Positions 1 through 10,560 of a DNA stretch of 64,000 nucleotides are shown in pieces. The notes under the pieces are model-generated. The model saw only the letters and a list, made by a program, of their open reading frames with translations, made no database searches and had not been told where the DNA came from. Position 1 is the stretch's first letter. Each line of letters starts with the position of its first letter. The position numbers were made by a program, and so were the translations under genes. The stretch is from an uncultured delta proteobacterium (GTDB lineage Bacteria; Desulfobacterota; Syntrophia; Syntrophales; Smithellaceae): positions 90,562 to 154,561 of the forward strand of contig CAVSCG010000013.1 in NCBI GenBank assembly GCA_963726395.1. Direction: 5' to 3'.

Positions 1-158
1 TGCCAAGAGCCACGATGTTGACTTTCAAATGGAAACCATTAATTCTCATTGATACAGCCAAGTGTGACTAGGTAGGTGTTATGGTTGTCAAGACAAGACT
101 TAATTGGACTCTGTCTGTCAAGTCAAGTATCGGTCGGGACAGATCATTCTCTACATCT

Positions 159-980
159 TTAACCTTGAGCCTTTTGCCTTTTGCCTTTCACCATCGCACC
201 CTTGTCTGCCTGTACATCGGCAATTTTGCGTTCAAAGATTTGTCGGGCCTGATCGGCCAGAGCATTGATTGAAAAATTGTCCACCTGATAATCGGGCGCA
301 AGTTTCGCGATTAATTCCAGCCGGATGTCATTTTGCTCCAGCATGTTAAAGGAAAAGGTTCCGGGCCGAAACAGTTTGTCGGTATCCCGGATAAAAACCA
401 AGATTAGACCCGTATTGCAGTACCGCGCGATACTAAACACGCCTTTATTGAAAGGCGCAAGTTCTCCGCCGCGGCCACGAGTGCCTTCGGGAAACACAAA
501 CAGATTGCCACCCACTGCCAAATGGCGCTTGATACTCTCCAGGTGGTTAATCATCGCGGGGCCATACATTTCGGACGGTGATGAAGGCACGTATCCCGCC
601 TTTTTCAAAAACCATCCGAAAATGGGCACGCTGAAAAAAGTATTTTTAACAATAGTTGTCTGACGCGGGAAAAGCGAAACCAATGCGATCGGGTCAAGAT
701 AGGAGATGTGATTGCAGACGATGATGGAGGAGCGAAGCCCGCGCACGTCCGCATCGATCGTAAATTTCGTGCGGGGCGCCAAAAAGCCCACCCAGAAAAA
801 AAAACATTTCAAATGGACGTGATTCATCTTCTGCAAAACAGCGTCGATTTTCTTTAAATGAATATAAGAAGGAACAAAAAGAAAAAGCAGAATAAAAAGA
901 TAACCGAAAAGAAAATAAGACCATAAAAGCACCGTGAGGCAAAAATCGATAATGCGCTGAAGTAATCGAAGAACGGCCAT
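159..980 (-). CDS. lysophospholipid / 1-acylglycerol-3-phosphate acyltransferase family protein (PlsC-like)
   Basis: 273-aa ORF with HX4D motif NHISYLD and the FPEGTRGRGG block. Hydrophobic N-terminus. Last gene of the minus-strand lipid cluster. Confidence 0.85.
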   Translation of the reverse strand: MAVLRLLQRIIDFCLTVLLWSYFLFGYLFILLFLFVPSYIHLKKIDAVLQKMNHVHLKCFFFWVGFLAPRTKFTIDADVRGLRSSIIVCNHISYLDPIALVSLFPRQTTIVKNTFFSVPIFGWFLKKAGYVPSSPSEMYGPAMINHLESIKRHLAVGGNLFVFPEGTRGRGGELAPFNKGVFSIARYCNTGLILVFIRDTDKLFRPGTFSFNMLEQNDIRLELIAKLAPDYQVDNFSINALADQARQIFERKIADVQADKGAMVKGKRQKAQG

Positions 981-987
981 TTTAATT

Positions 988-2226
988 TCAGGTCAACTTT
1001 CGAATGAGCAGGCTGGTGTTCACACCGCCGAACGCGAAATTTTGTACGGCTGCGGTTTTAACAGGATGTTCTATGAGCTTTTGAACATGATGAACCATCG
1101 CACAGCGTTCGTCAATATCTTCCAAATTGAGCGTCGGCGCAATAAAGCCTTCCTGCATCATGTAAATCGTCAAAACCGTTTCGATGGCACCGCAAGCCGC
1201 CATGGTGTGACCCATATAGCTCTTGAGGGCCACTACGTAGGGTCTGGGACCGAAAACAGAACCGTTGGCCTGAGCCTCGATGATATCGCCCATCTTGGTG
1301 GCGGTGGCGTGAGCACTGACCAGATCGATTTCCGAGGCGTCGATCTTCGCGTTTTCCAGACTGAGCTGAAGTGTTTTGGTAATACCGTCGAGATTGGGCA
1401 GGATCAGATCACCGCCGTTGGAATTACAGGCAAAGCCGATCACCTCGGCCAGAATCGGCGCGCCACGTTTTTTCGCGAATTCATATTCCTCCAGCATGAC
1501 GGCCCCCGCGCCTTCGGCGACCACCAGACCGTCGCGTGCGCGATCAAATGGACGGGGCGTTTGCTCGGGATGGTCGTTGAACGCGGTGGAACACGCCAGC
1601 AGGTTGTCGAAAACCGCAACCGTGATCGTATCATATTCATCCGCGCCGCCGCAGAGCATGGCGTCCTGTAAGCCATACTTGACGGCTTCATAGCCGTAGC
1701 CTATGGACTGGCTCGACGTGGTGCAGGCTGTCCCTGAAGCAATAATGCGGCCGGTAATGCCGAACATTTTGGAAATATTGACGGCCGTAGTATGTACCAT
1801 GGATTTCAGATAATCGACCGCACCAATGCCCTGATAAGAGGCCTTATCCTTGGCTTCGAAAAAAATACGGTAAATATCGCGCTGCACAGTGGGGGAACCG
1901 TGAATCGAACCAAACGCGATGCCGAGCCTGCCTCCTGTTACAAATTCAGCGGGGAGCCCCGCCTGTGCCAGCACCTCCTTGGCTACCTGACAAGCGTAAT
2001 AAGCCACCGGACCCATGGTCTTGCGGTGCTGTCGGCTGAAATCATATGCAATCGGATAGCTCACCGTGCCGTAAACACGGGAATGAATAAAATGGCTGAT
2101 CAGTTCATCATCGCGCAGCGTTTTGACGCCGGAAATTCCCTTTAAAAGGCTTTCGACAATTTGTTCCTTGCCGTGACCGATGGGCGAAATGGCCGAACAG
2201 GCAGTGATAACAACTCTGCGTTCCAT
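988..2226 (-). CDS. beta-ketoacyl-ACP synthase (KAS I/II, FabB/FabF-like)
   Basis: 412-aa ORF with active-site Cys context GTACTTSSQSIG and His motifs HATAT and GHTMAACG. Only 8 nt separate it from the downstream acyltransferase. Confidence 0.9.
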   Translation of the reverse strand: MERRVVITACSAISPIGHGKEQIVESLLKGISGVKTLRDDELISHFIHSRVYGTVSYPIAYDFSRQHRKTMGPVAYYACQVAKEVLAQAGLPAEFVTGGRLGIAFGSIHGSPTVQRDIYRIFFEAKDKASYQGIGAVDYLKSMVHTTAVNISKMFGITGRIIASGTACTTSSQSIGYGYEAVKYGLQDAMLCGGADEYDTITVAVFDNLLACSTAFNDHPEQTPRPFDRARDGLVVAEGAGAVMLEEYEFAKKRGAPILAEVIGFACNSNGGDLILPNLDGITKTLQLSLENAKIDASEIDLVSAHATATKMGDIIEAQANGSVFGPRPYVVALKSYMGHTMAACGAIETVLTIYMMQEGFIAPTLNLEDIDERCAMVHHVQKLIEHPVKTAAVQNFAFGGVNTSLLIRKLT

Positions 2227-2232
2227 AAATAT

Positions 2233-2499
2233 TTACTCCACCGCCAGCCCGCGCTTCCGGGCAAGCATTTCAATATAGTCGATAATCTGTTTCATGGTGC
2301 GGATATCCATCGCCTTCTTTTTTTCGTCCTGCGTCAGTTCCGAACCCAAAAACTTTTCAATTTCCAGTAACAATTCAATAGCATCGATACTATCAAAACC
2401 GTAGGCTTCCCGCAGATTGACATCCATCTCGGGATTCTCAACTTCAAATGCCCTCAGAAAAATATCGCGGACTTCTTTTTGAATATCCTGACGTGTCAT
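2233..2499 (-). CDS. acyl carrier protein
   Basis: 88-aa acidic ORF with phosphopantetheine-attachment motif GFDSIDAIELL. Lies immediately upstream of the KAS gene. Confidence 0.85.
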   Translation of the reverse strand: MTRQDIQKEVRDIFLRAFEVENPEMDVNLREAYGFDSIDAIELLLEIEKFLGSELTQDEKKKAMDIRTMKQIIDYIEMLARKRGLAVE

Positions 2500-2643
2500 T
2501 AAATTTGATTCTACTCCTTTAACTTTGCATATTGGTCAACAAATATCGATTTATTTTACAATCGGTTACGCCTGCAACAAGGGTTTTCTTTTTGATCAGG
2601 AAACGTGGCGAGAATTAGCATAAATAAATGGCGCCGTCCAGCA

Positions 2644-4158
2644 TTAGAGTTGCCGTTGAAATTCCCTTACAAAACGCTGATCGCCGAGAAGTTGTCTCAC
2701 CGCATTGAACGATCCCAGAATGCAGCCCAGAACCCCCGGCGCCAAGGCGTTTTGTCCGGCTAGACAAAGCCCGCCTATGGGCAGATTATTTAAAGAAGCA
2801 ATTTTCAGCAGCTGGCGGGACGAACGCAATACGCCATAGCAGGAGCCTTCGGGACAATTTCCATAATCGCGCAGCGTTAAAGGTGTGAACACATCCAGGA
2901 TGCTTGGATTCTTCAGGGGCCCGAATATTTCCGAAGCTTTCTTCAACAACTCGCGGGCCATTGCCTGTTTCTTTTCCTCGTAGGCCGCCCCGCGTCGTCC
3001 TGTTAATGTATTTTCCCAGGAACTCCAATCACCGTATAGCGAGCGGGTAATGATGGATAACAAATTGGTTTTTTGATCATTGCCGCGCCGTATTTGATAA
3101 AAAATGCCGTCCTCGATGAGCCCTTTTTCGTCAGAATGCAACCGGTAAATATTATAATCGATTTCAGCGTGCGCCGCGGCGTCAACACTTGCCTGCACGG
3201 CCATCACGCCGTCTGTTTCCTTAAGGGTTAAAATTCTCTCCCGCAAAGACGCGCGCAGAGCGTTCTCATCCATTAAGCCCAGCAGGGTCTTCGGATGGAT
3301 CGCCGCCACTACTGCGTCTGCGGTCAAGTCAGCACCCTTCTCCAAGCTGATCCCCGTCACTTTGCCTGCGGCGATATTAATTTTCCGCACGGCTGAATTC
3401 AGGATCAGGCTGCCGCCCAATTCGGCAAAACGAGCGGCAAACACATCCGCCATTTGGCTGCCTCCGTCTTTTAACCGCCACGACGAAAACAAATACCCGG
3501 CCACCACCATGTGATGAAAGATCACCGGACAATCGGCAAGCTGGACGCCGATGAGCTGGCAGGGCACCGCCAGCACGGCGCGCAATCGGGGGGACGCCTG
3601 CAGTTCATCGAGCAACTCCCCCATCGGCCGGAAATGATCCATATTCTGAAAGGGATCCCCCGAATTGAAAAAAAAAGAGGAATCCATCATGGTGCCGGCA
3701 ATCTCGCGTAAATTTTTCATTACAACATTCAGCGCGGCGCCGTCTGTCGGACACGCCTCCCTCAGATTTTTTTCATACGCGTCAAGACCCACCGGCAGAT
3801 CAAAAACAAAATCATCAAAAAGGTATCGGTCAATGACACCCTCACTCCCCATGCGATAAAACAAATCCTCCACGGAAATGCCCAGGACACCAAACATTTT
3901 CCCCAACGGTTCAGCAGGCCCGAGTGCGCCGACATAGTGCACGCCCACGGGGCAATCGATCCCCCGGCGTGAATAAGAACGCATCAGACCGCCCGGCTCC
4001 CGATTTTTTTCCACAATCGTGACGTGATAGCCCAGAAGCAACAGCAGAATGCCTGCGGAAAGGCCACCGACGCCCGCGCCTACGACAACAATATTCTTTC
4101 CTTCAATCGGTTTTCTCATCAAGGGTACCCTTAAATCATTCCTTATGCTGCGGTTCAT
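2644..4158 (-). CDS. NAD(P)/FAD-dependent oxidoreductase, phytoene-desaturase (CrtI)-like family
   Basis: 504-aa ORF with N-terminal dinucleotide fold VVVGAGVGGLSAG...VTIVEKNREPGG. The true start may be the internal Met at 4119, which would remove the overlap with the upstream gene. Confidence 0.8.
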   Translation of the reverse strand: MNRSIRNDLRVPLMRKPIEGKNIVVVGAGVGGLSAGILLLLLGYHVTIVEKNREPGGLMRSYSRRGIDCPVGVHYVGALGPAEPLGKMFGVLGISVEDLFYRMGSEGVIDRYLFDDFVFDLPVGLDAYEKNLREACPTDGAALNVVMKNLREIAGTMMDSSFFFNSGDPFQNMDHFRPMGELLDELQASPRLRAVLAVPCQLIGVQLADCPVIFHHMVVAGYLFSSWRLKDGGSQMADVFAARFAELGGSLILNSAVRKINIAAGKVTGISLEKGADLTADAVVAAIHPKTLLGLMDENALRASLRERILTLKETDGVMAVQASVDAAAHAEIDYNIYRLHSDEKGLIEDGIFYQIRRGNDQKTNLLSIITRSLYGDWSSWENTLTGRRGAAYEEKKQAMARELLKKASEIFGPLKNPSILDVFTPLTLRDYGNCPEGSCYGVLRSSRQLLKIASLNNLPIGGLCLAGQNALAPGVLGCILGSFNAVRQLLGDQRFVREFQRQL

Positions 4159-4801
4159 CTCGAACTGCCTCGGATTCGATCAGCGTCATCATCAGCGAGT
4201 AATTGACCCGTTCCGACGCCTGAAGATCAATAGTGGAATAGGGATTGGCCGATCCTCCCGCGAGCGTAACGCTGCGTTGCAAACGGCCGCCTTCCGAGTA
4301 GCGACGGATGTGGATTGGTCCGTCATGACCTTGCAATACATCAATCCAGCCACCCGGCTCTTTATGCCGGCGGCAGACTGTCTCGCCGGTGGCGAAAACA
4401 CCCTTCTCGGTGAGCGCACCCTGGGGCGCGAGAAAAATCAGGTCGATATCGTCCATCATTTTTCGGGCAAAGTCCGCCGCGTCAAAAGGCGGCAGCGCCC
4501 GGCTGACTTTCAGCCCATCCGGCCCTGAAACGGCTTCAAAAAGAGCCATGCCTTCCGCACTCATCAGGGCGCAGGAAATTGTCCTCGTGGCAGGATCCGT
4601 CATCGTCACGCCAATCATGACGGTTTGCACCTGACCGGCTGCGCGCACTTCAATCGCGTGAATGAGACGGATTTTTTCCGTAAGAAATGGGGATGGACAC
4701 ATGATGTTTTTTTCTGCAAGATCCGCAACCGGCCGGATAGCCGGCAGGGCAGCACAAGAAACCAGCAGCAAAGAACCGATCAAAAAAAGGAGGCCTTTCA
4801 T
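4136..4801 (-). CDS. lipoprotein of unknown function (DUF3261-like by context)
   Basis: 221-aa ORF with a signal peptide and lipobox LLVSC. ATGA start/stop overlap with the upstream LolA-like gene. The family assignment comes from context and memory, not an alignment. Confidence 0.55.
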   Translation of the reverse strand: MKGLLFLIGSLLLVSCAALPAIRPVADLAEKNIMCPSPFLTEKIRLIHAIEVRAAGQVQTVMIGVTMTDPATRTISCALMSAEGMALFEAVSGPDGLKVSRALPPFDAADFARKMMDDIDLIFLAPQGALTEKGVFATGETVCRRHKEPGGWIDVLQGHDGPIHIRRYSEGGRLQRSVTLAGGSANPYSTIDLQASERVNYSLMMTLIESEAVRDEPQHKE

Positions 4802-5409
4802 TGAACATCCTGAAAGACGGACGGTTGAATTTCCTGGTTGATGACAACATGCTGAAAGTCAATCCGGGTTTCTGCTGTGGCGCTTTCCACAATCCGCACG
4901 GATTTAATGGACGCATCTTTTCGGGAAACCGTAATTTCAATTTTTTCAATCATGCCGGCCATGCTTTTCCCCACCGGCGTCAGCGTAATTTGCGTGTTGG
5001 ATCCTTCCTTAAGTGTGGCGGTAAAGGAAGGATTGGAGGTAAACTTGCCGCTCATCCAGCCGGCCACTTCGTCGAGTACAATTTTCATCGCCTGTGCGCC
5101 GCCGGTTTTATCTTCAACCATTTTACCCCCGGAGGCGATATAGCGTTTTGTATTCCCCTTGTCGGAAATGACCACACTCTTGATGGGTTTACTATATTCC
5201 CAGCGGATGGAATCCGGCGCTGTATAATAAAACTTCCCTTCCGAGACCAGCGGTTTGGACAGAATCTTCATGAACTTCTTTTGCACAAAATCAGCGGAAA
5301 TGGTTGAAATGCGCGACGAGTCCCGGCGCAATCGTTCAAAGTTATCCGCACGCACGCTCGCCGGCAGAAGCATCAGCAGAATCAGCAAAACCATAAATAT
5401 TTTTTTCAT
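4798..5409 (-). CDS. LolA-like outer-membrane lipoprotein carrier family protein
   Basis: Signal peptide MKKIFMVLLILLMLLPASVRA. LolA-like pattern (ISADFVQKKF...GKFYY..PDSIRWEY). Start chosen at the Met preceded by GAGGA. The ORF track extends to 5433. Confidence 0.65.
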   Translation of the reverse strand: MKKIFMVLLILLMLLPASVRADNFERLRRDSSRISTISADFVQKKFMKILSKPLVSEGKFYYTAPDSIRWEYSKPIKSVVISDKGNTKRYIASGGKMVEDKTGGAQAMKIVLDEVAGWMSGKFTSNPSFTATLKEGSNTQITLTPVGKSMAGMIEKIEITVSRKDASIKSVRIVESATAETRIDFQHVVINQEIQPSVFQDVQ

Positions 5410-5429
5410 GGAAGCAACCTGGATCATCC

Positions 5430-6164
5430 TCAAAACATCCCGCCGTTGATGGCAATCACCTGCCCTGTAATATAGGAAGCGTCATCAGAACACAAAAAGC
5501 GGATCACACGGGCAACTTCTTCGGGTTTCCCCACCCGCGCCATCGGAATAACGCTTTTAATCATGTTTTCGTCCATCGGCATACTGCTTAACATATCTGT
5601 TCCGATGGGACCCGGCGCGACCACATTGACACGAATGCCGAAACGCGCCACTTCTTTGGCAAGTGAGCGCGAGGCGGCGTTGATCCCTGCTTTGGCCGCC
5701 GCGTAATTGGTCTGCCCGCGATTGGGAATCATCGCCGAGATGGAAGAGACGGATACAATGGCGCCGCGTTTCTTTCTGACCATTTCGCGCAAGACGGGCT
5801 TCGTTACATTATAAAACCCATGGAGTATCGTATTAATGACACCGTGCCATTCCTCCTCTCCCATCAGCATAAAGAGACCGTCGGCGGTCACACCGGCGTT
5901 ATTGACCAGCACATCAATTCTTTTATGCTCCTCAATAATTTTCGCCAGCGCTTCTTTCACCTCTGCTGCGTTGGCCACATCGAATTTTCGTATTTCACCA
6001 GCCGAACCTGCGGCTTGAACCTTTGCCAGCGTTTCAACCGCCGCCGCCTCGCTGGAATTATAATTGATCACGACATAATAACCGGTTCTGGCCAACTCCA
6101 CAGCCGTAGCCCGTCCGATGCCCCGGCTGGCCCCAGTCACAATGGCTATCTTTTTTTCATCCAT
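5430..6164 (-). CDS. fabG: 3-oxoacyl-ACP reductase (SDR family, FabG-like)
   Basis: 244-aa ORF with TGASRGIGRA cofactor motif, NNAG, and catalytic YAAAKAG (YxxxK). Confidence 0.9.
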   Translation of the reverse strand: MDEKKIAIVTGASRGIGRATAVELARTGYYVVINYNSSEAAAVETLAKVQAAGSAGEIRKFDVANAAEVKEALAKIIEEHKRIDVLVNNAGVTADGLFMLMGEEEWHGVINTILHGFYNVTKPVLREMVRKKRGAIVSVSSISAMIPNRGQTNYAAAKAGINAASRSLAKEVARFGIRVNVVAPGPIGTDMLSSMPMDENMIKSVIPMARVGKPEEVARVIRFLCSDDASYITGQVIAINGGMF

Positions 6165-6190
6165 GATCTCCGTAAACTCCTTTGTTTATT

Positions 6191-6613
6191 TTATGATACA
6201 TCATGATTCAGACGCATGGCCTGAAGTATTGCCGTAAGCAAAATATCGTCGCCCGATTTCACAATGCCTTCGATCACACCGTATTGCTCAAACGCATATA
6301 AACTGCGGACAAATACCGTGATTCGTGTGTCCAGTGCAATGAAATCCTGTTTAAATTCGGCAGACTTGATACCGACCAGCCAGCCTTTCGTGCCGTCTTT
6401 ACCTTGTTTCTTTCGCTTGTAACCTTCCACCAGAGCGGCCGTCTGGGCAATGGCTTCAATTAAAACAAGCGAACGGACCGCCCGGCCGTCGCAAAGAGGC
6501 CAGCGTTCATTGACCACAGCTGAGGCGATGCCATCATTATCGTTTAGTTCTATGATCTCCGTGATGATTTTGATCGGTTCACGATGCGGAATCAACAATT
6601 CGATATCGATCAT
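6191..6613 (-). CDS. hotdog-fold dehydratase (FabZ/ApeP-like)
   Basis: About 140 aa with LIPHREPIKII...LIEAIAQT, typical of hotdog dehydratases. Start set at the Met with AGGA 9 nt upstream. The ORF track extends to 6658. Confidence 0.7.
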   Translation of the reverse strand: MIDIELLIPHREPIKIITEIIELNDNDGIASAVVNERWPLCDGRAVRSLVLIEAIAQTAALVEGYKRKKQGKDGTKGWLVGIKSAEFKQDFIALDTRITVFVRSLYAFEQYGVIEGIVKSGDDILLTAILQAMRLNHDVS

Positions 6614-6958
6614 CGGCTTTTTCCTTTTTTTTGTTTGAACCACGGGCGCAAAGCCCACCGCTTTGTGGGATAGTTCAACTGACCCATTCCGACTTATGAC
6701 CTCGCGTAACCGCGTGCCACATCGAGTGAACTTTAGGTCATCGGGTGGTTAGGTCACTCCGTTATGCGCCTCACTTCCGGAATTGGAGTTTCACAAATTA
6801 ATGAGAAAATGACTCAGAAGTCAACAAAAAACATTGTGAATCGTCCATGATCAAACACGAGCATGGCCGGCCATCCGCCTTCCTTGAAAAACGTACATTG
6901 ATTTTTTTCCTTATTTCTAATAGATAATCGAAAAAATATTTCGTGAATTTAAATTCCT

Positions 6959-8342
6959 ATGACCCTAGAAGAAAAAGACCCCTTTATTCCTGCTTATAAA
7001 AAAATCCTGTCTCCATCAAAAACTCTGTGCCAAAAAGAGTTCACGTATTCCGGATCCACCTATGGCGAAATTTTTGAACTGGCCGCCGGTTTAAAGAAAA
7101 CCTTAGCCAGGCGCGGTGCGGAGAAGATCTGTCTGCCTGTGCACGGAAAATAAAGCCGTGGTCGCCGCTTCTGTCCTGGCTTCACTTTCCGGTGCGTGCA
7201 AACTGATTTTACCTTATGCCTTTTCCTCACACGCCCTGATGGAAATGTATGATGCGACAGGCTTTGACGCTGCCATCGCCGATCATCCCGAAGAGATGCC
7301 CGGTGTGGAAATCATTACACCTTTCGCCGGCAATATCCATGATTTGAGTCCGGATGACATGCGAAACCCCGATCAATCTTTTTTAAGACTTTTCACGGGC
7401 GGCTCAACCGGCAAACCCAGGGTATGGTCCAAATCCCCGCGTAATCTGCTCGCAGAAGCTTTTTATCTGCGCGACAAATTCGCACTGACGAACAAAGACC
7501 TGTTTCTCGCCACTGTTCCGCCTTATCATATTTACGGTCTTTTGTTTTCCATCCTGGTACCGTTTGTCTCGCATGGCCGCGTATTGCCTGAGATTTACAC
7601 CTTCCCACAGGAAATCATCTCCACCATCAACCGGCACAAGGCCACTGTCCTGGTCAGCGTTCCGATTCACTACCGGTCTTTAAAAGTCGATAATCTATCC
7701 ACTCCATCGCTCAAAATCGCTTTTTCTTCTTCCGGTGTTTTAAACCGTTCCGACGCGACCCATTTTCTGAAAAAAACCGGCTTGGGCATCCATGAAATCT
7801 ATGGCTCCACCGAAACAGGCGGGGTTGCCTCGCGTAGCATCAGCGAAAACACGGATAGTTGGAGACCCGCCGATGTCTTATCCTGGCGTCTGTCCGGTAA
7901 ACGATTGGCCGTGCGTTCCGATTTTATTTCCCGAGAAATGGAAAAAGACACGGACGGCTTTTACGTAACCGGCGATGAAGTCCAGCCGGATAAAAACGGC
8001 CGGTTTATTCTGCTGGGGCGCGCCGACGGTATTGTCAAGGTAGCCGGCAAACTTGTCGATCTGTTGGATGTCCAAAACAAAATCCAGATGTTACCCACTG
8101 TGCGCGACACGGTGGTCATCGCACTGCCCGCTGAAGAAGGCCGTGAAAGTGTGATTGCAGCGCTGGTTGCCTGCGAACTCACTGAAGTCCAGCTCAGAAA
8201 AATGATTTTGGAAAAGCTCGAACCTTACGCCATGCCCCGCCGCATCAAGATTGTTTCATCCATCACTCGAACCGCCACCGGAAAAACCGACTTCCGCCGC
8301 ATTGAACAGATTTTCCTGAACAAGAAAGATAAGACCGTTTAA
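6959..8342 (+). pseudogene. AMP-dependent synthetase/ligase (adenylating enzyme), interrupted by one frameshift
   Basis: The N-terminal 64 aa (6959..7153, ...EFTYSGSTYGEIFELAAGLKK...AEKICL) continue in another frame as CTENKAVVAAS... (7116..8342). AMP-binding motif TGGSTGKPRVW. The frame change lies at about 7120-7140. Confidence 0.8.
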
Positions 8343-8373
8343 TCTTTCTTTTTTTCGCCAAGCATAAATATTC

Positions 8374-8403
8374 TTGACTTGCCCGCGCTGTCTTCATTAT
8401 ACT
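8374..8403 (+). promoter_or_regulatory. sigma70-like promoter upstream of the amidase gene
   Basis: TTGACT (8374-8379), 18-nt spacer, TATACT (8398-8403). Confidence 0.45.
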
Positions 8404-8523
8404 CACATCAAATATAATATTCATTCGTTTTAGCTTTTAGATTAGAGCGGTAGTCGCGTCATCATCCAAACCACCCACATAATCATTTTACTTTTTTTCT
8501 GATCATAGCAAGAGGAGAAAGAG

Positions 8524-10023
8524 ATGACGCGTTTCAGCGAATATGAAAAGTACGACGGACTGGGGCTTGCCGCACTGGTGAGAAAAAAAGAAGTCTCCGC
8601 TCTGGAGTTGTGCGAGGAAGCCATTCGCCGCATCGATGCCATCAATCCGAAGATCAACGCCGTCATCTACCGCATGGATGACATGGCGCGCGCAGCCGCC
8701 GGAAAGGCCCTTCCCGATGGACCTTTTCAAGGCGTGCCGTTTTTATGCAAGGACCTTGTCTCGGCGATTGCCGGCGTTCCCATGACCAAAGGCAGCAAAT
8801 CCTGCCGCAATTATGTGCCGACCATGGACAGTGAAATGGCCAAACGCTACAAAGCGGCGGGATTGATCGTACTGGGAAAAACCAACACGCCCGAATTCGG
8901 TCTGATGGGGGTTACCGAACCCGAACTGCACGGCCCGACACGCAATCCCTGGAATCTCGATCATACACCCGGCGGCTCCAGCGGTGGATCGGCGGCGGCA
9001 GTCGCCGCCAGCCTTGTTCCTCTGGCTTCCGGCGGGGACGGGGGCGGATCGATCCGTATTCCCGCGTCATGCTGCGCGCTGTTCGGCCTCAAGGTCACAC
9101 GCGGCCGTAATCCGCTCGGCCCAGACGCGGGAGAAATCTGGCAGGGTGCTGTAGTGGAAGGCGTGCTCACCCGCTCGGTCCGCGACTCAGCCGCCATGCT
9201 CGACGCAACCAATGGGGCGGACCCCGGCGCGCCCTACATTTTACCCAAACCATCAAGGCCATACCTGGAAGACGCGCAACAGGATCCGCCCCGCCTGAAA
9301 ATTGGCTTCACCTTTCAATCGCCTTTCAAAACGAATGTTCATCCCGAATGCGTTCAGGCAGTGCAAAACGCGGCCAAGATTTTGGAAAGTCTCGGACATA
9401 TTGTGGAAGAAGCCCAACCGAATATTGATGGTGAAGCTTTGGGCAAAAGTTACATCATGATGTATTTCGGTGAAGTCGCGGCAGACATTGAGGAACTTAA
9501 AAGTATCGTCGGCAGGCCGCTCAATCATCATGACACGGAAGGAGCCACCTGGGCTTTAAATCTGCTGGGTAAAACTTTTTCTGCAGGCGACTTTGTTCTT
9601 GCCATGCGTCAATGGAACACCTTTTCACGGCAAATGGCGAAATTTCACGAAACCTACGATCTGTACCTGACGCCCACCATCGCCACGACCCCTCCCAGAA
9701 TCGGCGAACTCAAACAGAGTCCGGCGGAAGAGGTATTTCTAAAAATCATCAACTCGTTGAATCTGGGACGCCTGCTCAAAGCAACCGGCGTCACCGACAC
9801 GCTCGCCACTAAAGGGCTTTCCAAGATGCCCTTCACCCAACTGGCCAACCTCACAGGTCAGCCGGCTATGTCGGTGCCGCTCCACTGGAGTAAAGAAGGA
9901 CTGCCCTGCGGCGTGCAATTTATCGGACGTTTCGGTGAGGAGTCGCTATTATTCCAACTGGCCGGGCAGCTCGAAAGGGCTGCGCCCTGGTTTGATCGCA
10001 GACCGACTCTCGACAGAAATTAA
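8524..10023 (+). CDS. amidase (amidase-signature family)
   Basis: 499-aa ORF with the AS signature [12 protein letters not shown]...[21 protein letters not shown] upstream. Confidence 0.9.
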   Translation: MTRFSEYEKYDGLGLAALVRKKEVSALELCEEAIRRIDAINPKINAVIYRMDDMARAAAGKALPDGPFQGVPFLCKDLVSAIAGVPMTKGSKSCRNYVPTMDSEMAKRYKAAGLIVLGKTNTPEFGLMGVTEPELHGPTRNPWNLDHTPGGSSGGSAAAVAASLVPLASGGDGGGSIRIPASCCALFGLKVTRGRNPLGPDAGEIWQGAVVEGVLTRSVRDSAAMLDATNGADPGAPYILPKPSRPYLEDAQQDPPRLKIGFTFQSPFKTNVHPECVQAVQNAAKILESLGHIVEEAQPNIDGEALGKSYIMMYFGEVAADIEELKSIVGRPLNHHDTEGATWALNLLGKTFSAGDFVLAMRQWNTFSRQMAKFHETYDLYLTPTIATTPPRIGELKQSPAEEVFLKIINSLNLGRLLKATGVTDTLATKGLSKMPFTQLANLTGQPAMSVPLHWSKEGLPCGVQFIGRFGEESLLFQLAGQLERAAPWFDRRPTLDRN

Positions 10024-10560
10024 CTCGCGCATTTTAATCGGCTCAGGATTTCACCGCTTCGTTCCAGATATCCCGGGCGATCTTCCAACGGCTGGTCGAT
10101 GGCCTTCTCGTCCGACCCCGCCAAAGCATTGCCTTGGCCCAGGAGAACCGCCATGACGGTCACTGCAAAAGAGTGCTACCATGTAGATATCCGATTGCGC
10201 GCAGCGAGTCGTCCTTTCCCATAAAATGATGTTTCAAAATTAAGAAATGATTTTTACGTTTGCCTCCTGATTTTCCGACATCGCCGTCAGGTATCAACCA
10301 CGATCAATTGAAATCATGCATATTTTTTATGTTCAGCAACTAAATGCTTAATTTAAAAACATTTATATTCTTTACACCCTCTTACGATATGAGCTCTTAC
10401 ATAAAAATTAATTGATACAATTTAAAAATCGTGCATATTTAACCCAGTTTACGTTAAGTGATTTTGTATTGCGTTTGATTAGAATTAGCCGTTGAGCCGG
10501 AACCGAACCATGTTCGGCAAAGAGCTTGATGCTTAAAAATAAAATTTTGAGGTGCTTTAT

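Noticed and set aside
1-158. Possible start of another minus-strand gene (MRINGFHLKVNIVALG..., ATG at 49) running off the left edge
   Set aside because: Only 16 codons are visible. That is insufficient to support a call.
1042-1671. Long antisense or alternate-frame ORFs. Examples: 1042-1671, 4801-5307, 10945-11394, 12525-13061, 17853-18482, 20200-20871, 22340-23185, 24699-25427, 34625-35383, 43184-43786, 46596-47012, 51304-52095, 53603-54169, 59929-60429
   Set aside because: Each lies entirely within a strongly supported gene on the opposite strand or in another frame. All have low-complexity, Arg/Gly/His-rich composition and no motifs. They are typical shadow ORFs.
10021-10164. 47-codon minus-strand ORF ([44 protein letters not shown]) abutting the amidase stop
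   Set aside because: The composition is protein-like, so it might be a gene remnant. It has no RBS, no recognisable domain, and is below any reasonable length threshold. It cannot be supported.
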